A stretch of 64,000 nt of DNA, taken from Octopus sinensis. Lineage: Eukaryota. Of this stretch, positions 29,203 through 41,956 are shown one piece after another. Under the pieces are notes generated by a model. It ran no database searches. It saw only the letters and a list, made by a program, of their open reading frames with translations, and was not told the origin of the DNA. The first letter of the stretch is position 1, and each line of letters starts with the position of its first letter. The DNA lies in the NCBI RefSeq assembly GCF_006345805.1, contig NC_043010.1:22878001-22942000 (forward strand), in the 5' to 3' direction. A program made the position numbers and the translations under genes.

Positions 29203-29468
29203 TTGTTGTTGTTGTTACTGCTGTTGCAGTTGTTGTTGCTATTCTTGTTGTTGCTAAGGCGACGAAACAGCAGAAACGTTAGCGCCTGGTCAAAATGCTT
29301 AGCGGCATTTCGTCCGTCTTTACGTTCTGAGCTCAAATTTCGCCGAGGTTCACTTTGCCTTACATCCATTCGGAGTTAATAAATTTAAGTAGGAGTGGGA
29401 CACTGAGGTGGATGTAATCGACTTGTCCCTCCCTCCAAATTTCAGGTCTTGTGCCTAGAGTGGAAAGG
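28905..29468 (+). mobile_element. Two SINE family B copies (about 28905-29110 and 29255-29468) separated by (ATT)/(AGT)n
   Basis: cagaatcgttac..ggacaaaatgcttagcgg..ggggtcgatgtaat..caggtcctgtgcc repeated. Confidence 0.8.
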
Positions 29469-29502
29469 ATTACGGTTGTTGTTGTTGGTATTATTATTAT
29501 TA

Positions 29503-29548
<46 letters not shown>

Positions 29549-29959
29549 CTTTATCATCATCATTATTATCAGTAAAAATAGTCAGGCAACGGTTTGGCAG
29601 AATTGTCAGAGCGTCGGAATAAATATCTTGCGTTATTAGTCCAACTCCTTACGCCCTGAGTTCGAATCGTGCCGACACGTGTAACCCTCAACACAATTCT
29701 GGCGTAGAATTAGTTTGGTATAGTTTGTGACAAATCCAGGCCTTTGAGGTATAGGCACAATCCAGCCAAGGGGCTTCCACACAGTTTCTATATTTCTAGA
29801 TTCAATCACAGTGCTTGAAACGATACGAGATCGCGACAAGATGCATTTGCTTAAAATGTCACGCAATGGGATTGAACCGGAGACATTGCGATTGTGCAGT
29901 GAACTTTTGAACCACTTGGCACAGCCACGGAGAGAGTAGTGCATGAAACTGAAAGGGAA

Positions 29960-30570
29960 GACAAGGTTAATGGATGATGTATATTTCGTCATGGGGACGA
30001 TGGTGATGGTGGTGATGATGACGATGAGAACGATGATGATGCCGACGACGACGACGACGACGATGACGATGATCTTGATGATGATGATGACGATGATGAT
30101 GATGACGACGATGATGACAACGACGACGATGGTGATGGTGATGATGGTGATGATGATGATGAGAAGGAAGAGGAGGCGGGGAGAAGAAAGGGGAGGAGGA
30201 GGGGGATGATAATAATGACGTTATGAATGATAATAATGATGGTGGAGATGAGGTTAAAGAGGAGGAGAAGGATGAGGAGTGGAGAAGAGGAGGAGCGGTG
30301 GAGGAGAGGCGGAGATGATGATGGCAATGATGACGACGATGATGATTATGAGGAGGAGAAGGAGGAGGAGAAGGAGGAGGAGAGGTGGATGAAGATGATG
30401 ACGTTGATGATAACAATAATAATGGTGATGATGATGATCATAATGGCGGTGGTTCTGACGGTAGTGCTATTGGCATTGGTAGTGGCGGGGATGATGATGG
30501 TGACTACGACGACATGATGCAGATGGTGGTGACGGTGGTGGTGATGGATGGGGTGATGATGGTGGTGGTG
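29960..30570. repeat. (GAT/GGT/GGA)n low-complexity tract
   Basis: Directly visible. Confidence 0.9.
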
Positions 30571-30913
30571 GCAGGATTCAGATAACAAGTGAGAGAAAAA
30601 GAAACACAAACCAGAAATCAGAAATACAAACAAAAAAACAAAGAACAAAAAGATTATAATAAAAACAAAAATGACAAAGACGGCAATAACAGCATCAACA
30701 ACAAAAGTAAAAAGCAACAAAAACAATATTAACAACAAAGTGACAACGAATGAACAAGAGCTGTGTGAGGTGTAATACACACACACACACACACACATAT
30801 ATATATGTATATATACCGGAGTAAACACATAAATGTGAAACAAGGTGGAAAAAGAGTACTCAAATACCAGTGGTAGAGAAATATGCTTTATTTAAAGCAG
30901 CGGAAAATTCAAC

Positions 30914-30960
30914 AAAACCTGTTACTCTGAGTTTCACGTCCCCGTTCGTCGGACAGTTTT
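30914..30960 (-). ncRNA. Type I hammerhead ribozyme motif (U4C core variant)
   Basis: AAAACTGT-CCGACGA-ACG GGGA CGT-GAAAC-TCAGA-GTA-ACAGGTTTT: stem I CTGT/ACAG, stem II with GNRA loop, stem III ACT/AGT, GUA cleavage triplet. Confidence 0.7.
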
Positions 30961-30969
30961 TGTTAGAAT

Positions 30970-31016
30970 AAAACTGTCCGACGAACGGGGAGGTGAAACT
31001 CAGAGTAACAGGTTTT
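30970..31016 (+). ncRNA. Type I hammerhead ribozyme motif (mirror copy, one stem II mismatch)
   Basis: Same as 30914-30960 but stem II is ACG/GGT. Confidence 0.6.
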
Positions 31017-31066
31017 GTTGAATTTTTTGCTGCTTGAAATAAAGTATATGTATATATATTATATAT

Positions 31067-31111
<45 letters not shown>

Positions 31112-31407
31112 CACGGACTTGTCAGTGAACAGGTCGCGGATTTTAGCGACGAAAATATTTTGACAAATTAAACTTAAATGTTGGAGTGAATCGAACGGCT
31201 TTTGTGTGTTTCTTAAATGGCTTATAAACACCTTCCACGCTGCAATTGTTTTCGTTTCAGCACACGATCTCAGATCAAATTACTTGCTATGCGAGTACAT
31301 CTCCAAAATATATATATATATATATACATATATGTACACACACACATTATATATATACATATATATGTATATAATTGTAGTTTGTGTACATGCACGCGCG
31401 CACACAC

Positions 31408-31462
<55 letters not shown>

Positions 31463-31463
31463 T

Positions 31464-31508
<45 letters not shown>

Positions 31509-31799
31509 ATGTGTGTGTGTATGTATGTATGTATGTATATACATATATACGTAAGTACTGCAAAAGATGACTGTTAAGCATAGAACAGCAATGCTGAGTC
31601 AGGTTTTTTGTGAGATGCAGAGTGAAGAGAAAGCGAGAAAGAGAGAGAAAGAAGGGAAAATGAGAGAGAGGTAGTGAGGGAAAGAGAGAGAGCGAGAGAG
31701 AGAGGGATCATTACTTTGTAAATTGGCAATTATTGATGGAGAAGAGATGACGATAAGGCATAGTGAGAAGGGAGATGGGGTGGGGAAATGAGGAAGGAG

Positions 31800-31906
31800 A
31801 AAAGGAAGAAGACAAAAAGAAAAAGCATAGCAACATGGAGGAGAAGGAGGAGAAGGAGGAGGAGGAGAAGCAAGAAGAAATCAAAGACAGAAATGTGTAG
31901 TAGTAA

Positions 31907-31961
<55 letters not shown>

Positions 31962-32144
31962 TGTAGTAGTAGCGGCAGCAGCAGATGAATGACGATGATG
32001 ACGATTATGATGATGATAAATTCGAACAACAACACCAGTAACAACTATTGCTATGTTTAAACAATATCACCAGTGTGCATGTGTGTGTCTTCAGGTGTGT
32101 TCATAGGTAAATGCTTATTATGTGTTTGGGTACGCATGCGTGCA

Positions 32145-32186
<42 letters not shown>

Positions 32187-32358
32187 TAATATGAATCTTA
32201 GTATGTGTATGTGTAATATGCGTAAGTATGTAATGTGAAAGCTTGCGTAGACATGTGTGTGTGTGTATAAATGATTTTGTGAGTGTAATTATATATGTAA
32301 GTCAGTTTGAGCGTTTGACCATCTGTGTATATGTTCCACATGCATGTGTGTGTGTGTA

Positions 32359-32389
<31 letters not shown>

Positions 32390-33084
32390 TGTGTGTGAGA
32401 GAGAGAGCTTACAAGTGCTTATATATGCGTCTATGCCTCTGTGTCTGTTCTGTCTTGTTTCCTTCTTATCACGCATACCTCTCTCACAAATTCATGGCTA
32501 ATATAACGACACGCTTCCTTCATGTCACATCATCTTCCACAACTCTCTCTTTCTCTCTCCTCTACTTTTCTCTCTCTCTCTCCTCTATCTTTCTCTCTCT
32601 CCCCCACCCCTCGCTTTGTCTTACATTGAATCACACACCTGTGCCTTTCCATTTTTCCCTCTCTGTCCTGCTTTTCACTTCCTCCCTCCTTCCCCCACTC
32701 ACTCACTCACACTCTTTTCCTCCCTCACTCACTCACTCACTCCTCACTCACTCACTCACTCACTTTTCACTCAATCATTCTCTCACCCACACACTCACTC
32801 ACTGACTCACTCACTCTCTCCCGCCCTCCCCTTCACCCACTCATTCAGTCATTCACTCGCTCACTCACTCCTTCATCCACTTACTTCTTCACTCCTTCAC
32901 TCATTCACTCACTCTTCACTCAATCACTCACTCACCCACACACTCACTCATTCAGTCATTCACTCGCTCACTCACTCCTTCGCCCACTCACGCACACCTT
33001 CACTCCTCCTCTCACTCCTACACTCACTCACTCACGCACCCCTTCACTCCGTCCCTTACTCACTCCATTTACCCCTTCCTTCAA

Positions 33085-33121
<37 letters not shown>

Positions 33122-34092
33122 CCTTTATTCTATCTCCTCTGCCCTCCAAATTATTCACCCTCTCTCTTTGTCCTACATCTCACCTTAAAACCTTAACCCA
33201 TTCCCCAACAACCTTAACGCCACTGCTACTACTACCTTAACACTACTACCACTACTAGAAATGACCACTCCACTATGACCATAACACTACTCCATTACTG
33301 TATTAAGAGCACTGGTACTACTCCTATCGCACCACCACCACCACCACCACCACCACTACTACTTCTACCGCCATACCACCACCACCAGCATCACCACCGC
33401 CACCATCAACACCACCATCTCTACTACTACTACTACTACTACTGCTACTACTACTTGCATTAACACCACAACTAGAATCAAGTAAACACCACCACCACCA
33501 CCACCACTACCTTAGCATTATTGCTATAGCTACCTAAACTCTACTGCCAGAGCACCTTAATACCTCTACAAATTAATCATCGCCACAATTGCCACTACCG
33601 CCGCTACCACTGCCATATTAACTACTACTACTACTACCACCACCACAACTGCTGCTTTTTCACCCAGTACCTCCGCCTACTACCTCACCCCACTACCACC
33701 TTTTACCAAACCGTCACCACCACCACTACCACCGTCGCTACCGGACCACCACCACCACCACCACCACCATTAACCATTTCCCGGTAATTAGAGAACGAGC
33801 AAGCATAAATTAATTCTTAATTTCACTCTAGGATACGAATTAAACAAAAAGGGGTGGGGGAAATAAATAAAAGAAAGAAATGAACCATTTAAAAACAAAA
33901 GGAAAAGAAATTCCAATATTCAGCTTAATTTGTCCTGTTGCCCTGCATTTTCTAGTCGTCGACATTTCCCTCTTCATCCACATCGCCCTCTTCGTTCTCT
34001 TCGTCTTCTTTCTCATCATCATCATCATCATCATCGTCATCACCATCATCACTGTCATCATCATCATCGCCATCATCATCATCACTGTCATC

Positions 34093-34133
<41 letters not shown>

Positions 34134-34420
34134 CCATCGTCATCGCTCATCATCATCAAAGTCGTCATCATCATCATCGTTCATCGTCGTCATTATCATC
34201 ATCATCATCAACTTCATCATTATCATTGTCATCGTTCATCATCATCGTCGTCATCATCTTCATCATCGTCATCGTCATCATCACCCTAATCGCCGTTGTC
34301 ATCACCGTCATCTTCTTCGCCGTCGTTGTCATCGACGTCGTCATCTTCGTTCTCCTTTTCCTTCCCCTCGTCGTCATCATCATTATCATCATCATAAACA
34401 TCAGCAAGAATAACACCTAT
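31800..34420. repeat. Low-complexity block: (AGT)n, (GT)n, (TCAC)n, (CAC/TAC)n, (CAT)n
   Basis: Directly visible. Confidence 0.9.
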
Positions 34421-35382
34421 TCTTTAACTTGTCATCTGAACCTTGTTTAACTCCACCACTAACACCACCACCACCACCCCGCCACCACCACTACCATTAC
34501 GAAAAACACAACAAAAAAGAACAACAATAATATCAACATCCCTTAACAGTTACACTTCCTCCACAGTCAGAACACCTCAGTCAACAATAACAACCACAAC
34601 ATCGATCCAAACCGGAAGTTATTATTACCCCGTCTGCCATTTAAACACAGCATCCACTTCCATCTTCTCCGTCGTTAATTTCTTACAACTTCAGTTGGCT
34701 CTTATTGTTGGTTCTTGTTTTCGAAGTATAATTACAACTACAGGTTGTTGTTTTTTTATTAATTGCAGGAATAATCTCAGTTAGTCGAAATTTCACTGAT
34801 GTGGTCTAACAAGATCGAAACATATCGCTTTCTCACTTCACATTAAAATCCACAAAAATATTCCGATTATCTCATGCTATTTTTGTTTTTAGATCTCAAA
34901 CATCGCTACAAGGAGTTTAATTGAGTTTCTGCCATTTAATCCCCGTTAAGCAAAGATTCTCAGCTTATATTCTTTTATTCTTTTGTTCTTTTATTTGATT
35001 CGGTCATTTGACTGCAGCAATGCTGGAGCTTCGCCTTTAGTTGAAAAATTCAGCCACCTAGTACTCATTCTATTGGTTAATTTTGCCAAACCGCTATGTA
35101 ACGGGAACGTAAACACACCAGCATCGGTTGTCAAATGATGGTGGCGGGGGCAAACACAAGCACACAAATACATACATATGCAAATACATATGTATGTATT
35201 TGCATCTGTCCCCCACCATGGCTTAACATATATACACACATATATATATAAATATATATATATATATAGTTACAAAAAATTCAGGGTGAATACTTGATAA
35301 CTGTAAGCGCCTGTATATGCCAGCTAGTGGTGTAGGTGATAGGATATATTTATCAAAAGAAAAACAGGATGCAAAGGTTTTT

Positions 35383-35469
35383 GCGGTACATATGTTTCTG
35401 GCTTTATTGAACAATTTATATCAATGCATAATTGATATAACATGTAGGTCAACAGCTTTCTTCAGCCGC
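35383..35469 (-). ncRNA. Type I hammerhead ribozyme, sense to and downstream of the PLE1 ORF
   Basis: GCGG-CTGAAGA-AAGCT..(long stem II with an extra TTATATCAAT/ATTGATATAA hairpin)..AGCCA-GAAAC-ATAT-GTA-CCGC. Confidence 0.8.
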
Positions 35470-35866
35470 GTGCAATTACCACACCAAAGACATATATTAC
35501 ATTATAGCAGGTTTGAGAAAAATTTTGGGAAAAAAACGAGTTTCATTGGGAGAGTAAATCCTCATAGTCGTATATTGCATAGCGAGACACCAAAGCAAAA
35601 CGTCCATACCGTTTTTCACTCGATAAAGAATGAGGGGTTTAGACGTTGAGATAAAGAGGTGGAAGGGGATGAATCTGGGAAATTAGGGAACAATCGTAAG
35701 TGAAAAAAAAAGGGAGGTGAGGGGGATGAAAGAAATTCAGGGAAATGGACTCAACATCAAAGTTAGAAGTGGAAAATGATATGGGAAAATTAATCGAGAA
35801 GTGCTGGAGCTAACAATGCCGTCAGTGGATGTGAGGATATTACATTGGAGAGTTATGCATATGAGC

Positions 35867-38317
35867 CTAAGCCTTGTAATATTTGAAGGTTTTAGTCAGT
35901 TTATGCATACAAGAAGGTTTAAATTCAGATCTTTTATTAATTAATTTGTTTTTCTCCTTGAATTTAATGATATTCAGGAGTTCTACGCAACATAGTTGGC
36001 ACCCTGTTCTATTGTTATTATAAGGCGCAGCTGATCCGATAATGGACCACCTAAGGTTAAAATCTATGTTATTGTCTTTAAGTTCCCAAATATTTCTAGA
36101 TAAAAATGTGCTGCTAGCCTTGTGTCTGAGCCTAAAGGATGACCTGTGGTTATAGAATCTGAATTTCCAGACGGATGAGCAACCAATGTAGGTAAGTGTA
36201 TTTAATTGGGTACTTACTTCGTTTTTAGCTAAACAATCTCCGCGTAAAGGACATGCAGGTTCATTTGCGCAGTTGCATCCGAAATGTTCATTTCCCGGCC
36301 GTCTGTTATTAGTCCTAGGGTAGGTAATTTGTGTAAGGTTATTATGGAGGTTACTATTGTGGTGGATGGAAGTTCTGCTAGTATTTTCGCCGTTGTTACT
36401 GTTATTATCACTATTGGTGCTATTTAAGTTGTTTTGGTCTATCTTTCCTCCGCTCCGAGTCCTGATGTTGGAACTGTGTTCTGCGTTGTTATTATTATTA
36501 ATGCTAGATATATAGCTATCACAATTGGTATGATTGAGTTCACGATTATTATTCAATGTGGATTGAGCTATCACATTAAGCGTAGGAGCAGTATTATCTT
36601 CGTTAGATATATACAGTTATTGGGTATAGCGCTGCCTCTGTTGTTGTGATGGGTGTTGTTACTAGCAGTTCCGGTGTTACTGTTGCTGTCCTGATTATTG
36701 TTATTATATTGACTAATACAATGGTTAAGGTTAATGTTATGGGTTTGGCTGCTACTAATGCTAACGCCTGGATTGTTGGGGTTCGAGTGATCATTATTAT
36801 TTGTTCCTAATCCAGCTGTTCTGATTTTAATATTATTGTGTTTAGCTATGAGGCAGCTCATGTTAGGTAGGGTAGAGTAGGATATCCTAATAGTTTTGTT
36901 TGAGAAGATGCTTCTATACTTATGGGTGTGTGGGAAGTTATTGAAAATTATAGAGAATATTTTATTGCATAATTAACCCTTAACCGCTATGTTGCATGGT
37001 ATGTTATACCATATATAATTACGTAATCTACTGTTTCTACCCCTTTGTCCTCTAATATGATCGGTGTTGCTCTCGTCGGGAGGGTTTTCATTAACTAATA
37101 TTCTATTGGTTCGATTTCTTTCCGTACGTTTCTTATTCCTGTTAGAAATTAGATTAGAATTTGTATTAGCTGAAACTGCGTTGCTATTACCACTATCTAG
37201 TCTAATTTGGTTTAATTTTAAATGGGTAGTTTTGGGATTCTTAGTTAGTTAATAAGGGCGAGTTTTATAGTTGACGGGTGTTCCTGGCGGTTCTTCATAG
37301 AATTTTTTGCCTGGTTATATAGTGGTGCGCGTAATCATAGAATATATTCTTGTTAGAGGATAACTTAGTTAATCTGTCTGAGACAGCTTGGACTTTGGTG
37401 TTAATTATACAGGGTGGGTGGTTGGAAGAAGTGCTAACATATCTAGTTGTTTCCTCGGGTTTCCTATATGGGTAGTGAAGGTGCTTGTCCAAGTCTAATG
37501 TAATATCTAAGAAATCAACTATGTTCGTATTAGTCATAAATTCTAGTTTAAGATTGAAAGATTTGAAGAATAGCCTGATCCGTTTTCTAATTCTTTCTAG
37601 TTTACTCTTATTATTAGTAGGGTATATGAAGAGAGCATCATCTCTATACAGACCCCCCTGTAGGATCGGTTCCTCCGAGAATAGCTTCTTAAGCAGGTAG
37701 GCCCCGACCAAGTCAGTCACCTGAGCTGAATCGCTCGAGGCCATAGCCACATCACAGTTATCAGGGGTATCGGATCTAGTCCAAAGCTTACCGTCAAATT
37801 CTATTATAGTTTTTCTAGCTAAGAGTATAATATCAATCTTTTCTCTGTCTATGAGCTAAAGGCTGCGGGCATATATAAGGGATTTATTTAGTAAGATAGG
37901 GTATATACTAGCGTAGTAGTTAGCTATGTCAAACTGTATAAACGAGTAATTAGATCTGTTAGTGATTGTGTTAAACCACTCCAGCACATCGTCGGTGTTA
38001 ATCCATAATTGGAGTGGGATGTGGGGTTTGATGCGTGGGATCACCTTGTCTAGAATAGTTTTACTAAGCCTGCCTATATCCGATTTAATCGGACATATTA
38101 ACCTTATTCCTACGTTTTCTGGGAAATTTTTCTTGTGGTCCTTGATGCTAATTTTAGGCTCCTGAGGTTTAATGGGTTCAGTCCTGTCTAGAAGGTCCAA
38201 TTTTGTCATTACTTCCTTTATTTTATTGTTGATTTCCTTTAGGTTATAGGCAGATGTAGTCTTATAGTTTTTGCTAAGTTCCTTCATGATGAGTAATTTG
38301 TAATGGTGGTAGTCCAA
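35867..38317 (-). pseudogene. PLE reverse transcriptase plus C-terminal GIY-YIG endonuclease (frameshifts and stops)
   Basis: KISIKDHK..IRLICP.KSDIGRLSK, FIQFDIANYYASI, DVAMASSDSAQVTDLVG, GLYRDDAL, VDFLDITLDL..YPYRKP; then IWYNIP, IRISYS, CNC..CPLRGDCL, YIG..WKFRFYNH, LSRNIWELK, CQLC..E..NKRSE...CMH. Confidence 0.9.
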
Positions 38318-38400
38318 TTTATACCAGTTCCCAATTTTATCAGCAGGTACAATTCAAACCTGCTATAATGTAAAATATGTCTTTGGTGTGGTAATTGTAC

Positions 38401-38463
38401 GCGGCTGAAGAAGGCTGTTGACCTACATGAATTGTTCAATAAAGCCAGAAACATATGTACCGC
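38401..38463 (+). ncRNA. Type I hammerhead ribozyme, inverted copy at the PLE1 5' junction
   Basis: GCGG-CTGAAGA-AGGCT..AGCCA-GAAAC-ATAT-GTA-CCGC; perfect 4-bp stem I and intact core. Confidence 0.85.
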
Positions 38464-38492
38464 AAAATACTTTGCATCCTATTTTTCTTTTG

Positions 38493-38547
<55 letters not shown>

Positions 38548-38550
38548 CAT

Positions 38551-39963
38551 ATAATTAATCAATATAGGGTGGCAAAAAAAATTCTGTAGAATTCTTTTGC
38601 CACCAGCGGCCTAGTGGGAAAAAATTAAATAGTCATAGACCATTTTTAAGTTCAACATCAACAATCAAGGAACGGCCATAATAGGCCATTCACCCACTAG
38701 AAATAACAGCCAAAGCTTCAACCGCAAATAAAAGTCAATTCCGTAAACAGGAGAAAATTTAAAAAACATTTACCCTGTAATTTCTTATACGATTCACCGT
38801 TTCATCTGCTGTTTAATGGTAAACTAACCTGATTAAATTAAATCAAGCCAATCTTCCATAGGCCCTCAGATTCTTCAGTAAGAAATAGCCACAAGTCGGA
38901 ACAGATATTTTCACGAGGCATTTCCGACCCTGCCAAGGTAATATCTGACCTAAAATTTTCAAATCATCGCACTCGCGCCAAATTTATCGGCAGCAAATAA
39001 ATATAAGCCGTCGATTCCATTACGGAATTAACCAGAAAATTCATAATTAATCAATATAGGGTGGCAAAAAAAATTCTGTAGAATTCTTTTGCCACCAGCG
39101 GCCTAGTGGGAAAAAATTAAATAGTCATAGACCATTTTTAAGTTCAACATCAACAATCAAGGAACGGCCATAATAGGCCATTCACCCACTAGAAATAACA
39201 GCCAAAGCTTCAACCGCAAATAAAAGTCAATTCCGTAAACAGGAGAAAATTTAAAAAACATTTACCCTGTAATTTCTTATACGATTCACCGTTTCATCTG
39301 CTGTTTAATGGTAAACTAACCTGATTATAAGAAATAAGAGTATAAGAAATTACAGGGTAAATGTTTTTTAAATTTTCTCCTGTTTACGGAATTGACTTTT
39401 ATTTGCGGTTGAAGCTTTGGCTGTTATTTCTAGTGGGTGAATGGCCTATTATGGCCGTTCCTTGATTGTTGATGTTGAACTTAAAAATGGTCTATGACTA
39501 TTTAATTTTTTCCCACTAGGCCGCTGGTGGCAAAAGAATTCTACAGAATTTTTTTTGCCACCCTATATTGATTAATTATGAATTTTCTGGTTAATTCCGT
39601 AATGGAATCGACGGCTTATATTTATTTGCTGCCGATAAATTTGGCGCGAGTGCGATGATTTGAAAATTTTAGGTCAGATATTACCTTGGCAGGGTCGGAA
39701 ATGCCTCGTGAAAATATCTGTTCCGACTTGTGGCTATTTCTTACTGAAGAATCTGAGGGCCTATGGAAGATTGGCTTGATTTAATTTAATCAGGTTAGTT
39801 TACCATTAAACAGCAGATGAAACGGTGAATCGTATAAGAAATTACAGGGTAATGTTTTTTAATTTTTCTCCTGTTTACGGAATTGACTTTTATTTGCGGT
39901 TGAAGCTTTGGCTGTTATTTCTAGTGGGTGAATGGCCTTTATGGCCGTTCCTTGATTGTTGAT
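38551..39963. repeat. Palindrome block A: 492-bp unit U, partial U', then a ~625-bp inverted arm
   Basis: U 38551-39042, U' 39043-39327; 39341-39963 is the reverse complement of 38657-39281. Confidence 0.9.
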
Positions 39964-39995
39964 ATATATATATATATATATTCATAGATATAGAT

Positions 39996-40078
<83 letters not shown>

Positions 40079-40095
40079 TATATATATATATATAG

Positions 40096-40138
<43 letters not shown>

Positions 40139-40143
<5 letters not shown>

Positions 40144-41550
40144 TAATCAATATAGGGTGCAAAAAAATTCTGTAGAATTCTTTTGCCACCAGCGGCCTAG
40201 TGGGAAAAAATTAAATAGTCATAGACCATTTTTAAGTTCAACATCAACAATCAAGGAACGGCCATAATAGGCCATTCACCCACTAGAAATAACAGCCAAA
40301 GCTTCAACCGCAAATAAAAGTCAATTCCGTAAACAGGAGAAAATTTAAAAAACATTTACCCTGTAATTTCTTATACGATTCACCGTTTCATCTGCTGTTT
40401 AATGGTAACTAACCTGATTAAATTAAATCAAGCCAATCTTCCATAGGCCCTCAGATTCTTCAGTAAGAAATAGCCACAAGTCGGAACAGATATTTTCACG
40501 AGGCATTTCCGACCCTGCCAAGGTAATATCTGACCTAAAATTTTCAAATCATCGCACTCGCGCCAAATTTATCGGCAGCAAATAAATATAAGCCGTCGAT
40601 TCCATTACGGAATTAACCAGAAAATTCATAATTAATCAATATAGGGTGGCAAAAAAAATTCTGTAGAATTCTTTTGCCACCAGCGGCCTAGTGGGAAAAA
40701 ATTAAATAGTCATAGACCATTTTTAAGTTCAACATCAACAATCAAGGAACGGCCATAATAGGCCATTCACCCACTAGAAATAACAGCCAAAGCTTCAACC
40801 GCAAATAAAAGTCAATTCCGTAAACAGGAGAAAATTTAAAAAACATTTACCCTGTAATTTCTTATACGATTCACCGTTTCATCTGCTGTTTAATGGTAAA
40901 CTAACCTGATTATAAGAAATAAGAGTATAAGAAATTACAGGGTAAATGTTTTTTAAATTTTCTCCTGTTTACGGAATTGACTTTTATTTGCGGTTGAAGC
41001 TTTGGCTGTTATTTCTAGTGGGTGAATGGCCTATTATGGCCGTTCCTTGATTGTTGATGTTGAACTTAAAAATGGTCTATGACTATTTAATTTTTTCCCA
41101 CTAGGCCGCTGGTGGCAAAAGAATTCTACAGAATTTTTTTTGCCACCCTATATTGATTAATTATGAATTTTCTGGTTAATTCCGTAATGGAATCGACGGC
41201 TTATATTTATTTGCTGCCGATAAATTTGGCGCGAGTGCGATGATTTGAAAATTTTAGGTCAGATATTACCTTGGCAGGGTCGGAAATGCCTCGTGAAAAT
41301 ATCTGTTCCGACTTGTGGCTATTTCTTACTGAAGAATCTGAGGGCCTATGGAAGATTGGCTTGATTTAATTTAATCAGGTTAGTTTACCATTAAACAGCA
41401 GATGAAACGGTGAATCGTATAAGAAATTACAGGGTAAATGTTTTTTAATTTTTCTCCTGTTTACGGAATTGACTTTTATTTGCGGTTGAAGCTTTGGCTG
41501 TTATTTCTAGTGGGTGAATGGCCTATTATGGCCGTTCCTTGATTGTTGAT
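40139..41550. repeat. Palindrome block B, near-identical tandem copy of block A (period about 1588 bp)
   Basis: Same U/U'/spacer taagaaataagag/inverted-arm layout; differences seen are single-base indels. Confidence 0.9.
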
Positions 41551-41589
41551 ATATATATATATATATATATCATAGATATAGATATACAT

Positions 41590-41621
<32 letters not shown>

Positions 41622-41630
41622 CTATATATA

Positions 41631-41665
<35 letters not shown>

Positions 41666-41692
41666 GATATTTATATATATAGATAGATATAG

Positions 41693-41727
<35 letters not shown>

Positions 41728-41863
41728 TTCATATATAGTTCAGCAAAAATTTAGATTCAAATGAATATGGTACTTAATTTAGATGCACCAGAATTTTGTA
41801 TGGTGTTATCCATAAAAATCCGTGGGTTGTTATAATCAAAATAAGCAACAAGAATGACTCCGG

Positions 41864-41956
41864 TAATTTGGTACGATCGTTTCGTACTACATCATTTTAT
41901 TAAATGTTGTAAGTATTACAACAGATTTAAGATGATGAGTACTCATCAGCCAATTA
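41864..41956 (-). ncRNA. Type I hammerhead ribozyme with extended stem II
   Basis: TAATTGG-CTGATGA-GTACTCATC..GATGTAGTAC-GAAAC-GATC-GTA-CCAAATTA; fully canonical core. Confidence 0.88.

Larger units (their letters stand above)
30806..31050. mobile_element. Short palindromic PLE-type element between (TA)n tracts
   Basis: About 80-bp inverted arms (about 30881-30960 and 30970-31049) around a 9-nt loop; each arm carries a hammerhead motif. Confidence 0.7.
35344..38503 (-). mobile_element. Penelope-like element PLE1, 5'-truncated, bracketed by inverted hammerhead-bearing terminal repeats
   Basis: Broken RT-EN ORF inside; 35344-35516 and 38354-38503 are inverted copies. Confidence 0.9.

Noticed and set aside
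38551-39042. Hammerhead within unit U (CTGAAGA and CAGATGA words on the minus strand)
   Set aside because: No arrangement gives adjacent GAAA with three closed stems.
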